This document shows, piece after piece, positions 14,612 to 23,274 of a stretch of DNA of 32,000 nt. Made by a program: the position numbers and the translations under genes. The DNA is from Nostoc sp. PCC 7120 = FACHB-418 (lineage in GTDB: Bacteria > Cyanobacteriota > Cyanobacteriia > Cyanobacteriales > Nostocaceae), in assembly GCF_000009705.1 (NCBI RefSeq), contig NC_003272.1:3540001-3572000 (forward strand). The letters are read 5' to 3'. The notes beneath the pieces are model-generated. The model made no database searches. It had not been told where the DNA came from and was given only the letters and a program-made list of their open reading frames with translations. Position 1 is the first letter of the stretch; each line of letters begins with the position of its first letter.

Positions 14612-15397
14612 TTATACAATTTTCTTCTTTTTCCAAATACGTCTTGTTAAGTAGAGTCCCATTAAAGACAAAGCCCCTAAGCTAGCAGGTTCAGGAACAG
14701 TAGTTGTACTACTGATTGTACCGATAGCCGTCACTCGACCTCTTACCTGCTCACCATTATTACCTACCTCCCCAATGTAAAGATACAATGGGCTAGCTGT
14801 TGAGACTTTTTGGGTCAGTTGAAATAAAATTTCCCCACCTACACCTAAACTCAGAAATCCCCTGGCTGTATTATCAGTTATGGCGTTGGCATCAAAACTA
14901 CCTAGTGTAGCAATACTGTTATTTACTTCACCGTCTTTACTACCAAATAAATCGTCACCAGCAAAATAGTGGGCATAAATTGAATTGCCAGGATCACGTT
15001 TGGTTCCAGGGGAAAAAATAGTTTGAGGTGGAGTAAAATCAAACACATCTAACCCAGGAAGGGTTTTGACATCTTCAGCATTTGTAATTAACGTACTACT
15101 GATTTTAATAGCATCTAAATCAAAACCGCTAAATTTACCAGGAGAACCTGCGGCTATACCTATAATGTCACTGAGTTTAATTGCTGTAATATCAAAACCA
15201 AGGCTTGCAAGATCAGATCTATATATAGCAGTTGAAGCTTTATTTAATGGATTTACATTAATTGTTCCGGCTAAGGCTGTAAAATTCAGGTCAAAACTAG
15301 CGGCTGTGGCGCTTTGTGATGACAGCAAGTTAATAGCAACACAAGACAGGCTGAAAACGCAGAGATGAACACTAGGTAAGATACTGAGCCTTTTCAT
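14612..15397 (-). CDS. Secreted PEP-CTERM sorting-domain protein
   Basis: 261 aa with an N-terminal signal peptide. The C-terminal VPEPASLGALSLMGLYLTRRIWKKKK gives a PEP motif, a TM helix and a basic tail. Confidence 0.85.
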   Translation of the reverse strand: MKRLSILPSVHLCVFSLSCVAINLLSSQSATAASFDLNFTALAGTINVNPLNKASTAIYRSDLASLGFDITAIKLSDIIGIAAGSPGKFSGFDLDAIKISSTLITNAEDVKTLPGLDVFDFTPPQTIFSPGTKRDPGNSIYAHYFAGDDLFGSKDGEVNNSIATLGSFDANAITDNTARGFLSLGVGGEILFQLTQKVSTASPLYLYIGEVGNNGEQVRGRVTAIGTISSTTTVPEPASLGALSLMGLYLTRRIWKKKKIV

Positions 15398-15564
15398 AAA
15401 TTATCGCTATCATTTCTCGATAGATATGGATTTCTACAACTCTGCCTGAAAAAATAGTCTAGGGAATACCGAGGATTGAGTAGCCAGATGGCTTCTCATC
15501 TTTACAATAAATTTAGCAACCTTTCATATTTTTTTGGTATTTGATTTAGAATTCTGTACATTTA

Positions 15565-15605
15565 CAGAAAAACAGGCAACCTTCAAGTTTGAAAGATGCC
15601 TGTTT
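15565..15605 (-). terminator. Rho-independent terminator of the ferredoxin gene
   Basis: On the minus strand: AAACAGGCA...TGCCTGTTT (9-bp stem, 15597-15605 / 15570-15578) followed by TTTTTC. It starts 34 nt after the ferredoxin stop. Confidence 0.6.
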
Positions 15606-15638
15606 GCTTAAGTATGTTCCTGGAATAAATAACCGAAA

Positions 15639-15863
15639 TTACGGAGTCTTCTGCAAATCTGGTCTTTCTTCTGGCACGATCGCCTTTTCTACAGGGCATA
15701 CTTGTAGACAGATACCACAATCAATACAAGTGGAAAAATCAATCCAGTACCAATCTGTTCCCTTGACATTTTTACCAGGGCCTTCATGAATACAAGCCAC
15801 TGGACAAGCATCTACGCAGTCGGCAACACCTTCACAAACATCAGTAACAATAGTGTGTGGCAT
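15639..15863 (-). CDS. Small dicluster ferredoxin (3Fe-4S/4Fe-4S type pattern)
   Basis: 74 aa. The first motif CEGVADCVDACP (C-x5-C-x3-CP) lacks the second Cys. The second motif is CIDCGICLQVCP (C-x2-C-x2-C-x3-CP). Confidence 0.85.
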   Translation of the reverse strand: MPHTIVTDVCEGVADCVDACPVACIHEGPGKNVKGTDWYWIDFSTCIDCGICLQVCPVEKAIVPEERPDLQKTP

Positions 15864-15924
15864 ATTCTCGTTCCCCTCTCTTTTTAGTCATTGGTCAACT
15901 CTCAGCAGATTTTCAGACTCTAAA

Positions 15925-17139
15925 CTACTGACTCACCTTTTCAATTATTGGTGATCCGTCGGCTTTGATCCAAGCGATTTGGGCAATACTGCGATCGCGG
16001 GCATATTGTTTAATGGTTGCTCTATCTGTGCTACCCAAGTCTAATTCTACTCTAACTAAATCAGGAGATTCACGTAGTTTTTGAGCGTAGGCAAAAGCCG
16101 CACTATGGGCTGCTGGGTTTTCTGGCACGACTAACCAATCACTAGCTGGGGTTTCCTGTGGTAATTGCTGTGTAGATAAAAGAACTTGGTATAAGTCTTC
16201 AATATTCAGGACAAATCCAATCCCCGGAATATTTTCTCCTTGGGGATGATACAACCCTAAAAGCTGGTCGTAGCGTCCACCCCGCCCTAAAACTCTTGCT
16301 TGTGAATCAGTATTGTTGACAATCTCAAATACAAGACCAGTGTAGTAGTCTATGGTTTGAATCAGACTCAGGTCGAGAATTATCGGAAATTTACCCCCAG
16401 ATTCTAATAACTCTACTAGAGACTTGAGGTTATTGACCGCCTCTTGCTGTTCTGCATCTAAATTGAGGCTACTGACTTTCTGCAACACATCGGCGCTGTT
16501 TCCTCGCAAATCCAGCATGATTCTGGCACGTTCGCGCAGTTCGTCAGTTAAGGGGAGTGTGTCTATTGTAATGCGGTCAAGGTGAGCGATCGCACTACGC
16601 ACTTTAGCACGTAAATTGATGGGAAAAGCATCTAAAAGCGATCGGGTGATTCCCGCTTCACCTAAAATTAAATGCCAATCCTGTAAACCCAATGCTGTCA
16701 AACAATTACCCGCCAACAGCAACACTTCCGCATTGGCCAACAGTCCACCGACACCCAATAATTCCACACCAGCTTGATAAAACTCTTGCTGGCGATTATG
16801 CCTATTTTCCCAGATGCGACGAAAGACGTTGGCATTGTAGTAAAGGCGCTGGGGATGACGCAGATTTGCCATGCGCGTAACAACAGCACGAGCAATAGAA
16901 GCCGTCAACTCTGGACGCAATCCCAACTCTTCATCTTCAGAATTTTGTAGTTGAATCACCATCTGACGTTGAATTGCTTCACCCGCCATCAAGGTATCCA
17001 TGCGTTCCAGCGTTGAGGTTATGATTCTGTGATAACCCCAACGGTGAAACACTTGTTGTAACTTATCTTCAATCCAGCGTTTTTGAGCCACATCTAAAGG
17101 TAATAAATCCCTGGCTCCCGCTGCTGGTTGATACACCAT
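15925..17139 (-). CDS. hisZ: ATP phosphoribosyltransferase regulatory subunit (HisRS paralog)
   Basis: 404 aa with a class-II aaRS-like core (GARDLLP, ...GRGGRYDQLLGLY...) and no anticodon-binding domain. GGAGGA SD upstream of the ATG. Confidence 0.85.
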   Translation of the reverse strand: MVYQPAAGARDLLPLDVAQKRWIEDKLQQVFHRWGYHRIITSTLERMDTLMAGEAIQRQMVIQLQNSEDEELGLRPELTASIARAVVTRMANLRHPQRLYYNANVFRRIWENRHNRQQEFYQAGVELLGVGGLLANAEVLLLAGNCLTALGLQDWHLILGEAGITRSLLDAFPINLRAKVRSAIAHLDRITIDTLPLTDELRERARIMLDLRGNSADVLQKVSSLNLDAEQQEAVNNLKSLVELLESGGKFPIILDLSLIQTIDYYTGLVFEIVNNTDSQARVLGRGGRYDQLLGLYHPQGENIPGIGFVLNIEDLYQVLLSTQQLPQETPASDWLVVPENPAAHSAAFAYAQKLRESPDLVRVELDLGSTDRATIKQYARDRSIAQIAWIKADGSPIIEKVSQ

Positions 17140-17323
17140 TCATCCTCCGTTATGTGATTCCCCACGCTGATTGAAACGCGGCTAGAAATATTCGTCTTCA
17201 GCACCTTGTGGTTGGTAGTAAATTTGCTAGTAGCGCGTCAATGTCAGCTTTTGTATCGTCCCATCCCGGAGGTTAGGGGCAAAATTCCACCATCATGCAA
17301 TAGCGCTTAGGGTGAGTCGCTGA

Positions 17324-18274
17324 CTATTTTTTCTTCCCACCAAACAAGCCACCAAACAAACCACCTCCAGATTTATCTGACTGTTTATCGCCATTACTGG
17401 AAGGTGCATTGACATTAGAGCTACTAGATTGTTGACCTAGAGCCTTATCTATTTTAGGTTTCCATGTCAACGCTGTTTGATCATTGGGGTCTAATTTTAG
17501 GGCATTATCGAAATGAATTTTTGCCATTTTCAGCTTATTTTGCTTCAGATATATAAAAGCCAGCAAGCTATGACAACGGCTGCTCTTAGGAGCTATCTTC
17601 AGCGCATCTTTCAACTCTACTTCGGCTGGGGGGAATTGGTTTTTGTCAATCAAAGTTTGAGCGCGGCGCAAATACTGGTCAACAGACGAATCTTCTTTTG
17701 GTAGTTCTGGTGGGGGTGGTGCAGAGTTGTTGGTTGGCTGAGTGGAGGTTGAGCTAACTGTGGATTTAGCGGCTGGTGCTGGTGCGGCAAGAGCTTTCCC
17801 CGCAGTCCGCATCAAGTAAACTAAATTCAACTCGCTAATTTGGGAAATGATGGGAATTGCCTCTTTGAGCGAGTTATATTGAGTTTCCCCCATTTTAGCG
17901 ATCGCACTTTTATAAAGTAAATCAAAATTGGGGGCAGATGCTAACTGTTTAGCTAAATCAGTAGTCAGTTCAATGGAAGCTGATTCCTGTAATAAACGCT
18001 TACCTATTTGGGATAAAACAATAATGTACTCTGAACGAGTTCGTTCTACTGATAGTGTCTCATAAGCTGGATTTACCAACTTTGATAATAATTCGCTAGC
18101 TAATTTTTTTTCTGTCTCGGTGACGATAGTACTGCTATCAGGGTGTAAATGGCGAGCAATTTTCAGATATCGCTTGCGGATTTCTTTAGCATCTGCATCA
18201 ACAGCTACACACAAGATTGCGTGATGGTCTATGAAATCATATTTAAATAATCCACGATCTATTCTCAGAGACAT
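17324..18274 (-). CDS. J-domain (DnaJ-like) protein with C-terminal TPR repeats
   Basis: 316 aa from ATG 18274 (the track start is TTG). J-domain HPD motif (IARHLHPDS), a TPR-like region (AEVELKDALKIAPKSSRCHSLLAFIYLKQNKLKMAKIHFDNALKLDPND) and a Gly-rich tail. Confidence 0.8.
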   Translation of the reverse strand: MSLRIDRGLFKYDFIDHHAILCVAVDADAKEIRKRYLKIARHLHPDSSTIVTETEKKLASELLSKLVNPAYETLSVERTRSEYIIVLSQIGKRLLQESASIELTTDLAKQLASAPNFDLLYKSAIAKMGETQYNSLKEAIPIISQISELNLVYLMRTAGKALAAPAPAAKSTVSSTSTQPTNNSAPPPPELPKEDSSVDQYLRRAQTLIDKNQFPPAEVELKDALKIAPKSSRCHSLLAFIYLKQNKLKMAKIHFDNALKLDPNDQTALTWKPKIDKALGQQSSSSNVNAPSSNGDKQSDKSGGGLFGGLFGGKKK

Positions 18275-18514
18275 ATAGCGGTTTTGCACCAAGGAAGGCG
18301 TAAGATTTTTTCTAGTTTACTGCGCTTGATCGGGTAAACGTCAGTGGTCTATAGAAATTATTTACTACTCTTTGGTGAATCTTCATCTATTAAGGAGGCA
18401 GAGTACAAGTGGCGGGGGCAAAGGGAAGGCGGCAAGAAAGCATAGGTTTTTATCAGTGATTTCTCGTAGAGATTATGTAGATTAAACCATAGCTGCTAGC
18501 AATTACCAATTATC

Positions 18515-19327
18515 TTATTCCCAAGCCGATAGTGGCGGTACTTGCATTAATGCCCGACTCAGATTGTCGTGAATAGAACCATTCGTTGCCAGAATTCTGC
18601 CAGTGGCAATTTTTAAGGGAGTACTATCATAGGCAGTAACTTTGCCGCCCGCTTCCTCTAATAGAATCACCCCAGCGACAACATCCCAAGGAGATATTCC
18701 TCGTTCCCAATAACCATCGACACGACCACAAGCTACGTGGGCTAAATCTAAGGCGGCTGAACCGCTACGCCTTACGCCTTGGGTGAGATGAGTGAGGTGG
18801 CAAAATTCTGCATAGTTATTATCTGGTGTTTCCCGGCGATCGTAGGCAAATCCAGTTACCAACAAGCTTTTACTCAATTCTGAAGTATCAGAAACCTTGA
18901 TAGGACGACGATTGCGTGTTGCACCCAAACCAGCAGCCCCCCGGAATAACTCATCATGAAATGGGTCGTAAATCACACCAACCTGGGGTACACCGTTAAT
19001 TAATAGCCCAATAGACACACAAAAAGCTGGGTATTGGTGCGCGTAATTAGTCGTCCCATCTAAGGGATCGATCGCCCAAAGATATTCATTATCTTGATTC
19101 CCCAACTTTCCCGACTCCTCAGCCAAAATGGAGTGTTGAGGAAAGTGACGACGAATAATTTCTAAAACTACCGCTTCTGAGGCTTTATCGGCGGCGGTCA
19201 CTAAATCACCAGGACGACCTTTTTCCGTGATTGCGTCCTCTAACTTACCCAAATAACCCTGTAAAACCGCCCCCGCAGCCAAGGCGGCTTCTGTCGCAAT
19301 ATCGAGAAAAGTTTGTAAATTAGTCAT
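18515..19327 (-). CDS. Inositol monophosphatase family protein (SuhB-like)
   Basis: 270 aa. IMPase motifs WAIDPLDGTTNY and GSAALDLAHVACGRVDGYWE. Confidence 0.9.
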   Translation of the reverse strand: MTNLQTFLDIATEAALAAGAVLQGYLGKLEDAITEKGRPGDLVTAADKASEAVVLEIIRRHFPQHSILAEESGKLGNQDNEYLWAIDPLDGTTNYAHQYPAFCVSIGLLINGVPQVGVIYDPFHDELFRGAAGLGATRNRRPIKVSDTSELSKSLLVTGFAYDRRETPDNNYAEFCHLTHLTQGVRRSGSAALDLAHVACGRVDGYWERGISPWDVVAGVILLEEAGGKVTAYDSTPLKIATGRILATNGSIHDNLSRALMQVPPLSAWE

Positions 19328-19355
19328 TAGTCATTAGTCAGTTGTCAGTTGTTAG
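19321..19355. repeat. Heptamer tandem array (TAGTCAT x2, TAGTCAG, TTGTCAG, TTGTTAG) overlapping the suhB-like start codon
   Basis: Read directly from the sequence. The ATG at 19327 lies inside the first unit. The second unit supplies an out-of-frame ATG (19334) opening a 4-codon uORF, MTND-stop. Confidence 0.85.
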
Positions 19356-19358
19356 TAA

Positions 19359-19412
19359 GGGCGGGTTTATGAAGATCATCGTCCGAGAGTGAGGATATCT
19401 GTAAACCCGCCC
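19359..19412. repeat. Long-stem hairpin GGGCGGGTTTA...TAAACCCGCCC
   Basis: Perfect 11-bp inverted repeat (19359-19369 / 19402-19412) with a 32-nt loop, between the nuclease stop and the suhB-like start. There is no adjacent T-run. Confidence 0.6.
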
Positions 19413-19444
19413 CTACAGTTGTCTGATCCCCAGCCTCCTATTTC

Positions 19445-19948
19445 CTAACGATTCAGGCGACGAAACTCAGTAGGTGTTTGACGCATGGGTTTATCGGAAC
19501 TCCAAATACCTTGACCCATGATTCTTGCCCATTGTTGGGCGCGTTCTAGACGCTGATCGTATTTGTGGTTAGGCGATCGCTCTACAAACAAAGCATACCC
19601 TTGTTTAACTACCTGTTCATTTAATAACTTGTCATCTTTCCACACGTAAGCCAACGTCCGACCAATTGTGTCTTTGGCTTCAAGATCAAACTCCAACATT
19701 ACAGGTTTGTCTAAATCGCCTATGGATTGTTCTAAAAATTCCTTGGACTGATTGCCCCAAGGACGTTGGCGCAAATCCGGTGCATCCACGCCAATTAATC
19801 GCACTTGAGAAATTAAATTTGGTTGTTCCGCCATGCCCACAACTTCTAAAGTCTGGCCACTCACCACCCGCGCGATCCTGACCTGAGTTGCCGTTGTGGC
19901 AGGATTTTTGGCTTGACAACTCACCAGCAGTAATAGACAGGCGAACAT
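19445..19948 (-). CDS. Staphylococcal-nuclease (thermonuclease/SNase) family lipoprotein
   Basis: 167 aa from ATG 19948. Lipobox MFACLLLLVSC|Q. SNase-like RLIGVDAPDL...GRTLAYVW...LNEQVVKQGYA. The track ORF start at 20152 adds 68 aa encoded by a GC-rich repeat and overlaps the ferredoxin gene. Confidence 0.8.
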   Translation of the reverse strand: MFACLLLLVSCQAKNPATTATQVRIARVVSGQTLEVVGMAEQPNLISQVRLIGVDAPDLRQRPWGNQSKEFLEQSIGDLDKPVMLEFDLEAKDTIGRTLAYVWKDDKLLNEQVVKQGYALFVERSPNHKYDQRLERAQQWARIMGQGIWSSDKPMRQTPTEFRRLNR

Positions 19949-19991
19949 GGCGAGTTTTTGTACCCAGGTGAGGAAGCGTGGGAAGTGGGTT

Positions 19992-20124
19992 AGGGTGCAG
20001 GTGGAGCGAAGGAAGCTTTCCCCCCTACCTCCTGCCCCCGTTCGCGTAGCGTCCCGTAGGGAAGTTCGCCCGGAGGGAAACCCTCCTTGCGGCTTCTCTT
20101 CCTGACCCCTGCCCTCTGCACCCT
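19992..20124. repeat. GC-rich palindromic (MITE-like) element
   Basis: Inverted ends AGGGTGCAG (19992-20000) / CTGCACCCT (20116-20124). Internal hairpin GGAGGG-AAA-CCCTCC. Shares GTCCCGTAGGGAAG with 1706-1719 (reverse complement) and GGCAGG/GGGGAAG-type motifs with 28600-28700. Confidence 0.6.
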
Positions 20125-20141
20125 GGTTATTCATCTTGCTT

Positions 20142-20510
20142 TTACTCTTCATCTAAGGGTAAACCGGCTTTCACTCTTCCCTTGGCAAAATAGCGCCCAA
20201 ACTGAAGCTCATAAACTTCATCTTCGTCTTGTGTTTCTACTTCCAAATCAGAACGGGCATAACTGACGCATAACAAAGCATAACCTTGACGACGCAACTC
20301 TAGGGATAATCCCACTGCCTCTGGTTGATAAATGTCACCAGATACGACCCTGACAGCACAAGTGGTGCAAGCCCCATTGCGACAAGAAAATGGCAATTCC
20401 ACCCCTTGTTGTTCGGCCGTGTGTAAGATATATCGGTCTTCTGGTACTTTTAGGGTATACTGTTTGCCAGTGGCGCGATCGCGTACTTTAACTGTGTGTG
20501 TCTCGGACAT
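20142..20510 (-). CDS. Plant-type [2Fe-2S] ferredoxin with a C-terminal extension (FdC2-like)
   Basis: 122 aa. Cluster motif SCRNGACTTCA (C-x4-C-x2-C) plus the distal LLCVSY Cys. About 25 extra C-terminal residues compared with a typical ~98-aa PetF. Confidence 0.85.
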   Translation of the reverse strand: MSETHTVKVRDRATGKQYTLKVPEDRYILHTAEQQGVELPFSCRNGACTTCAVRVVSGDIYQPEAVGLSLELRRQGYALLCVSYARSDLEVETQDEDEVYELQFGRYFAKGRVKAGLPLDEE

Positions 20511-20616
20511 CTTGGTTCGGGATTTTGATTGGGACTTTCAGATTGCTCTAAAAAATTTCTTTCTTTATCTTTGCATTTTTTAGAGTTTCAGCGTACAATA
20601 GTAAATCGTGACATCT

Positions 20617-20703
20617 GGAGAGATGGCCGAGTGGTTTAAGGCGCAGACCTGGAAAGTCTGTAATGCGGAAACGTATTCTAGGGTTCAAATCCCTATCTCT
20701 CCG
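20617..20703 (+). tRNA. tRNA-Ser, anticodon GGA
   Basis: Manual cloverleaf: acceptor GGAGAGA/TCTCTCC plus discriminator G; anticodon stem CAGAC/GTCTG with loop CTGGAAA; long class-II variable arm; T arm TAGGG-TTCAAAT-CCCTA. CCA is not encoded. Confidence 0.9.
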
Positions 20704-20730
20704 TTATTCAGCCTAGTTTAAATATATAGT

Positions 20731-20763
20731 TTTCACCCAAACTCTACCAATAGTTGGGTGAAA
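20731..20763 (+). terminator. Hairpin downstream of tRNA-Ser
   Basis: TTTCACCCAA (20731-20740) / TTGGGTGAAA (20754-20763), a 10-bp stem with a 13-nt loop. The T-run is weak. Confidence 0.45.
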
Positions 20764-20856
20764 CTGATTCTTAGATATTACTAAAATTTAATTTAAAACA
20801 ACCGCTTGTTTGGGATTGGTAGTCGGTCGAGTTTGATATTACTCACAATTCGATAG

Positions 20857-21351
20857 ATCACCCAAACAATCTCGTATGGATTACTCGCTTCACTTAACAA
20901 TGCAGCCATCTATATGGATTCTCAAACAGGTAATAACAGCATTTTGCATACAAAAATAGAGACTTTACAACAAACAATAGATACAAATGTTTATGGAGTT
21001 TTGCGAGTAACTCAGGCATTAATAACCTTAATGCAGGAACAAAACTATGGTCGAATTGTCAATGTTTCTTCCGGCGCTGGACAGTTAACTGATATGGGTT
21101 CGGGTATACCCACATATCGCATTTCCAAAACAGCCTTAAATGCACTGATGCGAATTTTTGCCAGTGAATTAAAAGGGACGAATATTTTAGTTAATTCTGT
21201 GTGTCCTGGTTGGGTTAAAACTGATATGGGTGGGAAAGATGCACCACGAACCCCTGAAGAGGGAGTTGATACAATCGTCTGGCTAGCAACTCTTCCTGAT
21301 GGTGGTGCTTCTGGTGGTTTCTTCCGCGATCGCCAGCCAATAGATTGGTAA
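20857..21351 (+). pseudogene. N-terminally truncated classical SDR (carbonyl-reductase-like), C-terminal two-thirds only
   Basis: The frame is open from 20857, with the first ATG at 20914. It contains LNNAAIY (NNAG-like), the catalytic YRISKTALN (YxxxK) and a PGWVKTDM tail. The TGxxxGxG Rossmann N-terminus (~85 aa) is absent, and only about 150 bp separate the frame from the tRNA. Confidence 0.65.
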
Positions 21352-21839
21352 TGAAATATTAGGAATTAAATATGATTATTAAATATATTTAAGTTTTTGT
21401 AGGGTGTGCAATGTCGATAATTTTATCCATTGTCATGATTGATTGATACCATGAATCTCCAATTATCTGTAAGTCTTAATGCGATAGGAATAGTGCTTCT
21501 GAGAGACTCTAAAAACTAAATAAAAATGTGTGTCTTGATACAATACTTTTAAGATGACTGTTATATGCTTTCTAAGCCCTTTACTTTTACCCTAATTGCG
21601 GAATTTTCCGCTTAATCAACACCAGAGTGTTGGGAATTATAACTAACTAAGTGCAGTTTAAGCTGATTAAAAGCAAGGATTGTGAAGTGAGTTAGGTCTT
21701 TTCCTCCGCCCTGGTGATTTATTTATTTGAGCTAGAGAGAAAATATAACAGCACTTTTTTGACGCAGATAACCGAAAAGCCAGCCACTCACATTACAATC
21801 AATGTGCTGGAGTTACAATTTTGATAGTTTTTTCGTCCT

Positions 21840-22439
21840 GTGCTTACCCCCGTGTTACCAAAAATCAATGTACTAAAGCAAACTACGAGTGAGGCTTGGA
21901 TAGAACAAGCGATCGCTAACTTAGATATCATATTGCTTGACCACTCCCACTGCGAACGCAAAGCGGCGGGTGTGGCTTTAAATTTTATGTTTCGCTACCC
22001 ATCCAATACCAAAATGGTAAGGGAATTAACGGCGATCGCCCGTGAAGAATTAGAACATTTTGAACTGGTAAATCAGTGGCTAGAACGCCGCAATATACCC
22101 CTAGCACCCCTACCCCCTCCTCCCTATGGCGCTGGCTTAAAAGCGGCTGCACGTACCAACGAACCCGAACGCTTTTTAGATTCCTTACTCGTGACTGGTT
22201 TAATCGAAGCACGAAGTCACGAACGCTTAGGCTTATTAGCTACACACTGTCCCGAACCAGAACTAGCCAAGTTTTATAAAGGTTTGATGGCCTCAGAGGC
22301 GCGACACTTTGGTACATATTGGGTTTTAGCGGATACTTACTTTGACCGGGAAATTGTTAGTCAAAGGCTCGATGAATTAGCTATTGTTGAAAGTGAGTTA
22401 CTGGAAAATTTACACCCAGAACCTAGAATTCATAGTTAG
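21840..22439 (+). CDS. miaE: tRNA-(ms2io6A37)-hydroxylase, ferritin-like diiron enzyme
   Basis: 199 aa with a GTG start. DHSHCERKAAG, REELEHFELV, IEARSHERL and SEARHF give the paired E/ExxH diiron ligand pattern and overall order I recall for the MiaE family. Confidence 0.8.
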   Translation: MLTPVLPKINVLKQTTSEAWIEQAIANLDIILLDHSHCERKAAGVALNFMFRYPSNTKMVRELTAIAREELEHFELVNQWLERRNIPLAPLPPPPYGAGLKAAARTNEPERFLDSLLVTGLIEARSHERLGLLATHCPEPELAKFYKGLMASEARHFGTYWVLADTYFDREIVSQRLDELAIVESELLENLHPEPRIHS

Positions 22440-22456
22440 TATAATCACCAATAAAT

Positions 22457-22864
22457 ATGCAGATACAGTTAACACATATCAGGTTGCTTGTCTCCAACTA
22501 CAAAGATTGTTTTTTATTCTATCGAGATGCACTCGGATTTTTTATCGATTGGGGTGACGAAAATAGTGGTTATGCTGAGTTACATACCGGCGACTCTATT
22601 AAGTTAGCTTTGTTCAGAAAAGAATTAATGGCGGAAGCTGTCCCCAGTGCTTATCAACCTTCAGCGATTGAATGTCAGAACAAAGTAGCTTTAGTTTTCG
22701 CTGTAGATAACGTAGATGAGTTTTATTATCATCTCAAAGACCATAATGCAATCATTGTCACACAACCTCTAAACCGTCCAGAATGGGGATTAAGAACAGC
22801 ACATTTCCGCGATCCTGATGGTAATTTAATTGAAATTTTTAGCAATATGAGCAATGTTAATTAA
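22457..22864 (+). CDS. VOC (glyoxalase/bleomycin-resistance/dioxygenase) family protein
   Basis: 135 aa. Typical VOC ends (IRLLVSNYKDCFLFYRDALGF ... FRDPDGNLIEIF). Confidence 0.8.
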   Translation: MQIQLTHIRLLVSNYKDCFLFYRDALGFFIDWGDENSGYAELHTGDSIKLALFRKELMAEAVPSAYQPSAIECQNKVALVFAVDNVDEFYYHLKDHNAIIVTQPLNRPEWGLRTAHFRDPDGNLIEIFSNMSNVN

Positions 22865-22969
22865 CATTATTAATTAAAGAGTGGTAATGGGTAATTGGTA
22901 GTTGCTAATCATGTCCGATTAAGAACTGCCGCTTATCCATTTACCAAATTTTAAGACTCTATGATCAAT

Positions 22970-23263
22970 TCAAGATACTAAGATACGAGGACAAATAGTT
23001 TCTTGTATTTCTTTCCCTGATGTTTGTTCAGCTAACCTTAGCTCATAATTCTTTTGAAGATTTAACCAGAATTCTCCACCAGTTCCAAAATATTGTCCTA
23101 ATCGCAAAGCTGTATCGGCTGTTATCCCTCGTCTGCCATTAATGATTTCAGTAATTCTGTTTTTGGGAACATGGAGAACACGCGCTAAATCACTCGCAGT
23201 CATAGCGAGTTCAGTAATTTCGTCAGCAAGAATTTCTCCGGGGTGGATTGGTGGGCGTGCCAT
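22970..23263 (-). CDS. higA: HigA-family antitoxin (XRE-type HTH)
   Basis: 97 aa. PIHPGEILADE...LARVLHVPKNRITEIINGRRGITADTALRL is the canonical HigA/VapI pattern. AAGGAGAG SD. Starts 11 nt after the toxin stop. Confidence 0.9.
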   Translation of the reverse strand: MARPPIHPGEILADEITELAMTASDLARVLHVPKNRITEIINGRRGITADTALRLGQYFGTGGEFWLNLQKNYELRLAEQTSGKEIQETICPRILVS

Positions 23264-23274
23264 TTATCTCTCCT

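Noticed and set aside
21598-21611. GCGGAATTTTCCGC near-palindrome in the spacer upstream of miaE
   Set aside because: It has only 5-6-bp arms with a 2-4-nt loop or centre and is not a true dyad (the centre is AATTTT). There is no supporting context, so it may well be chance.
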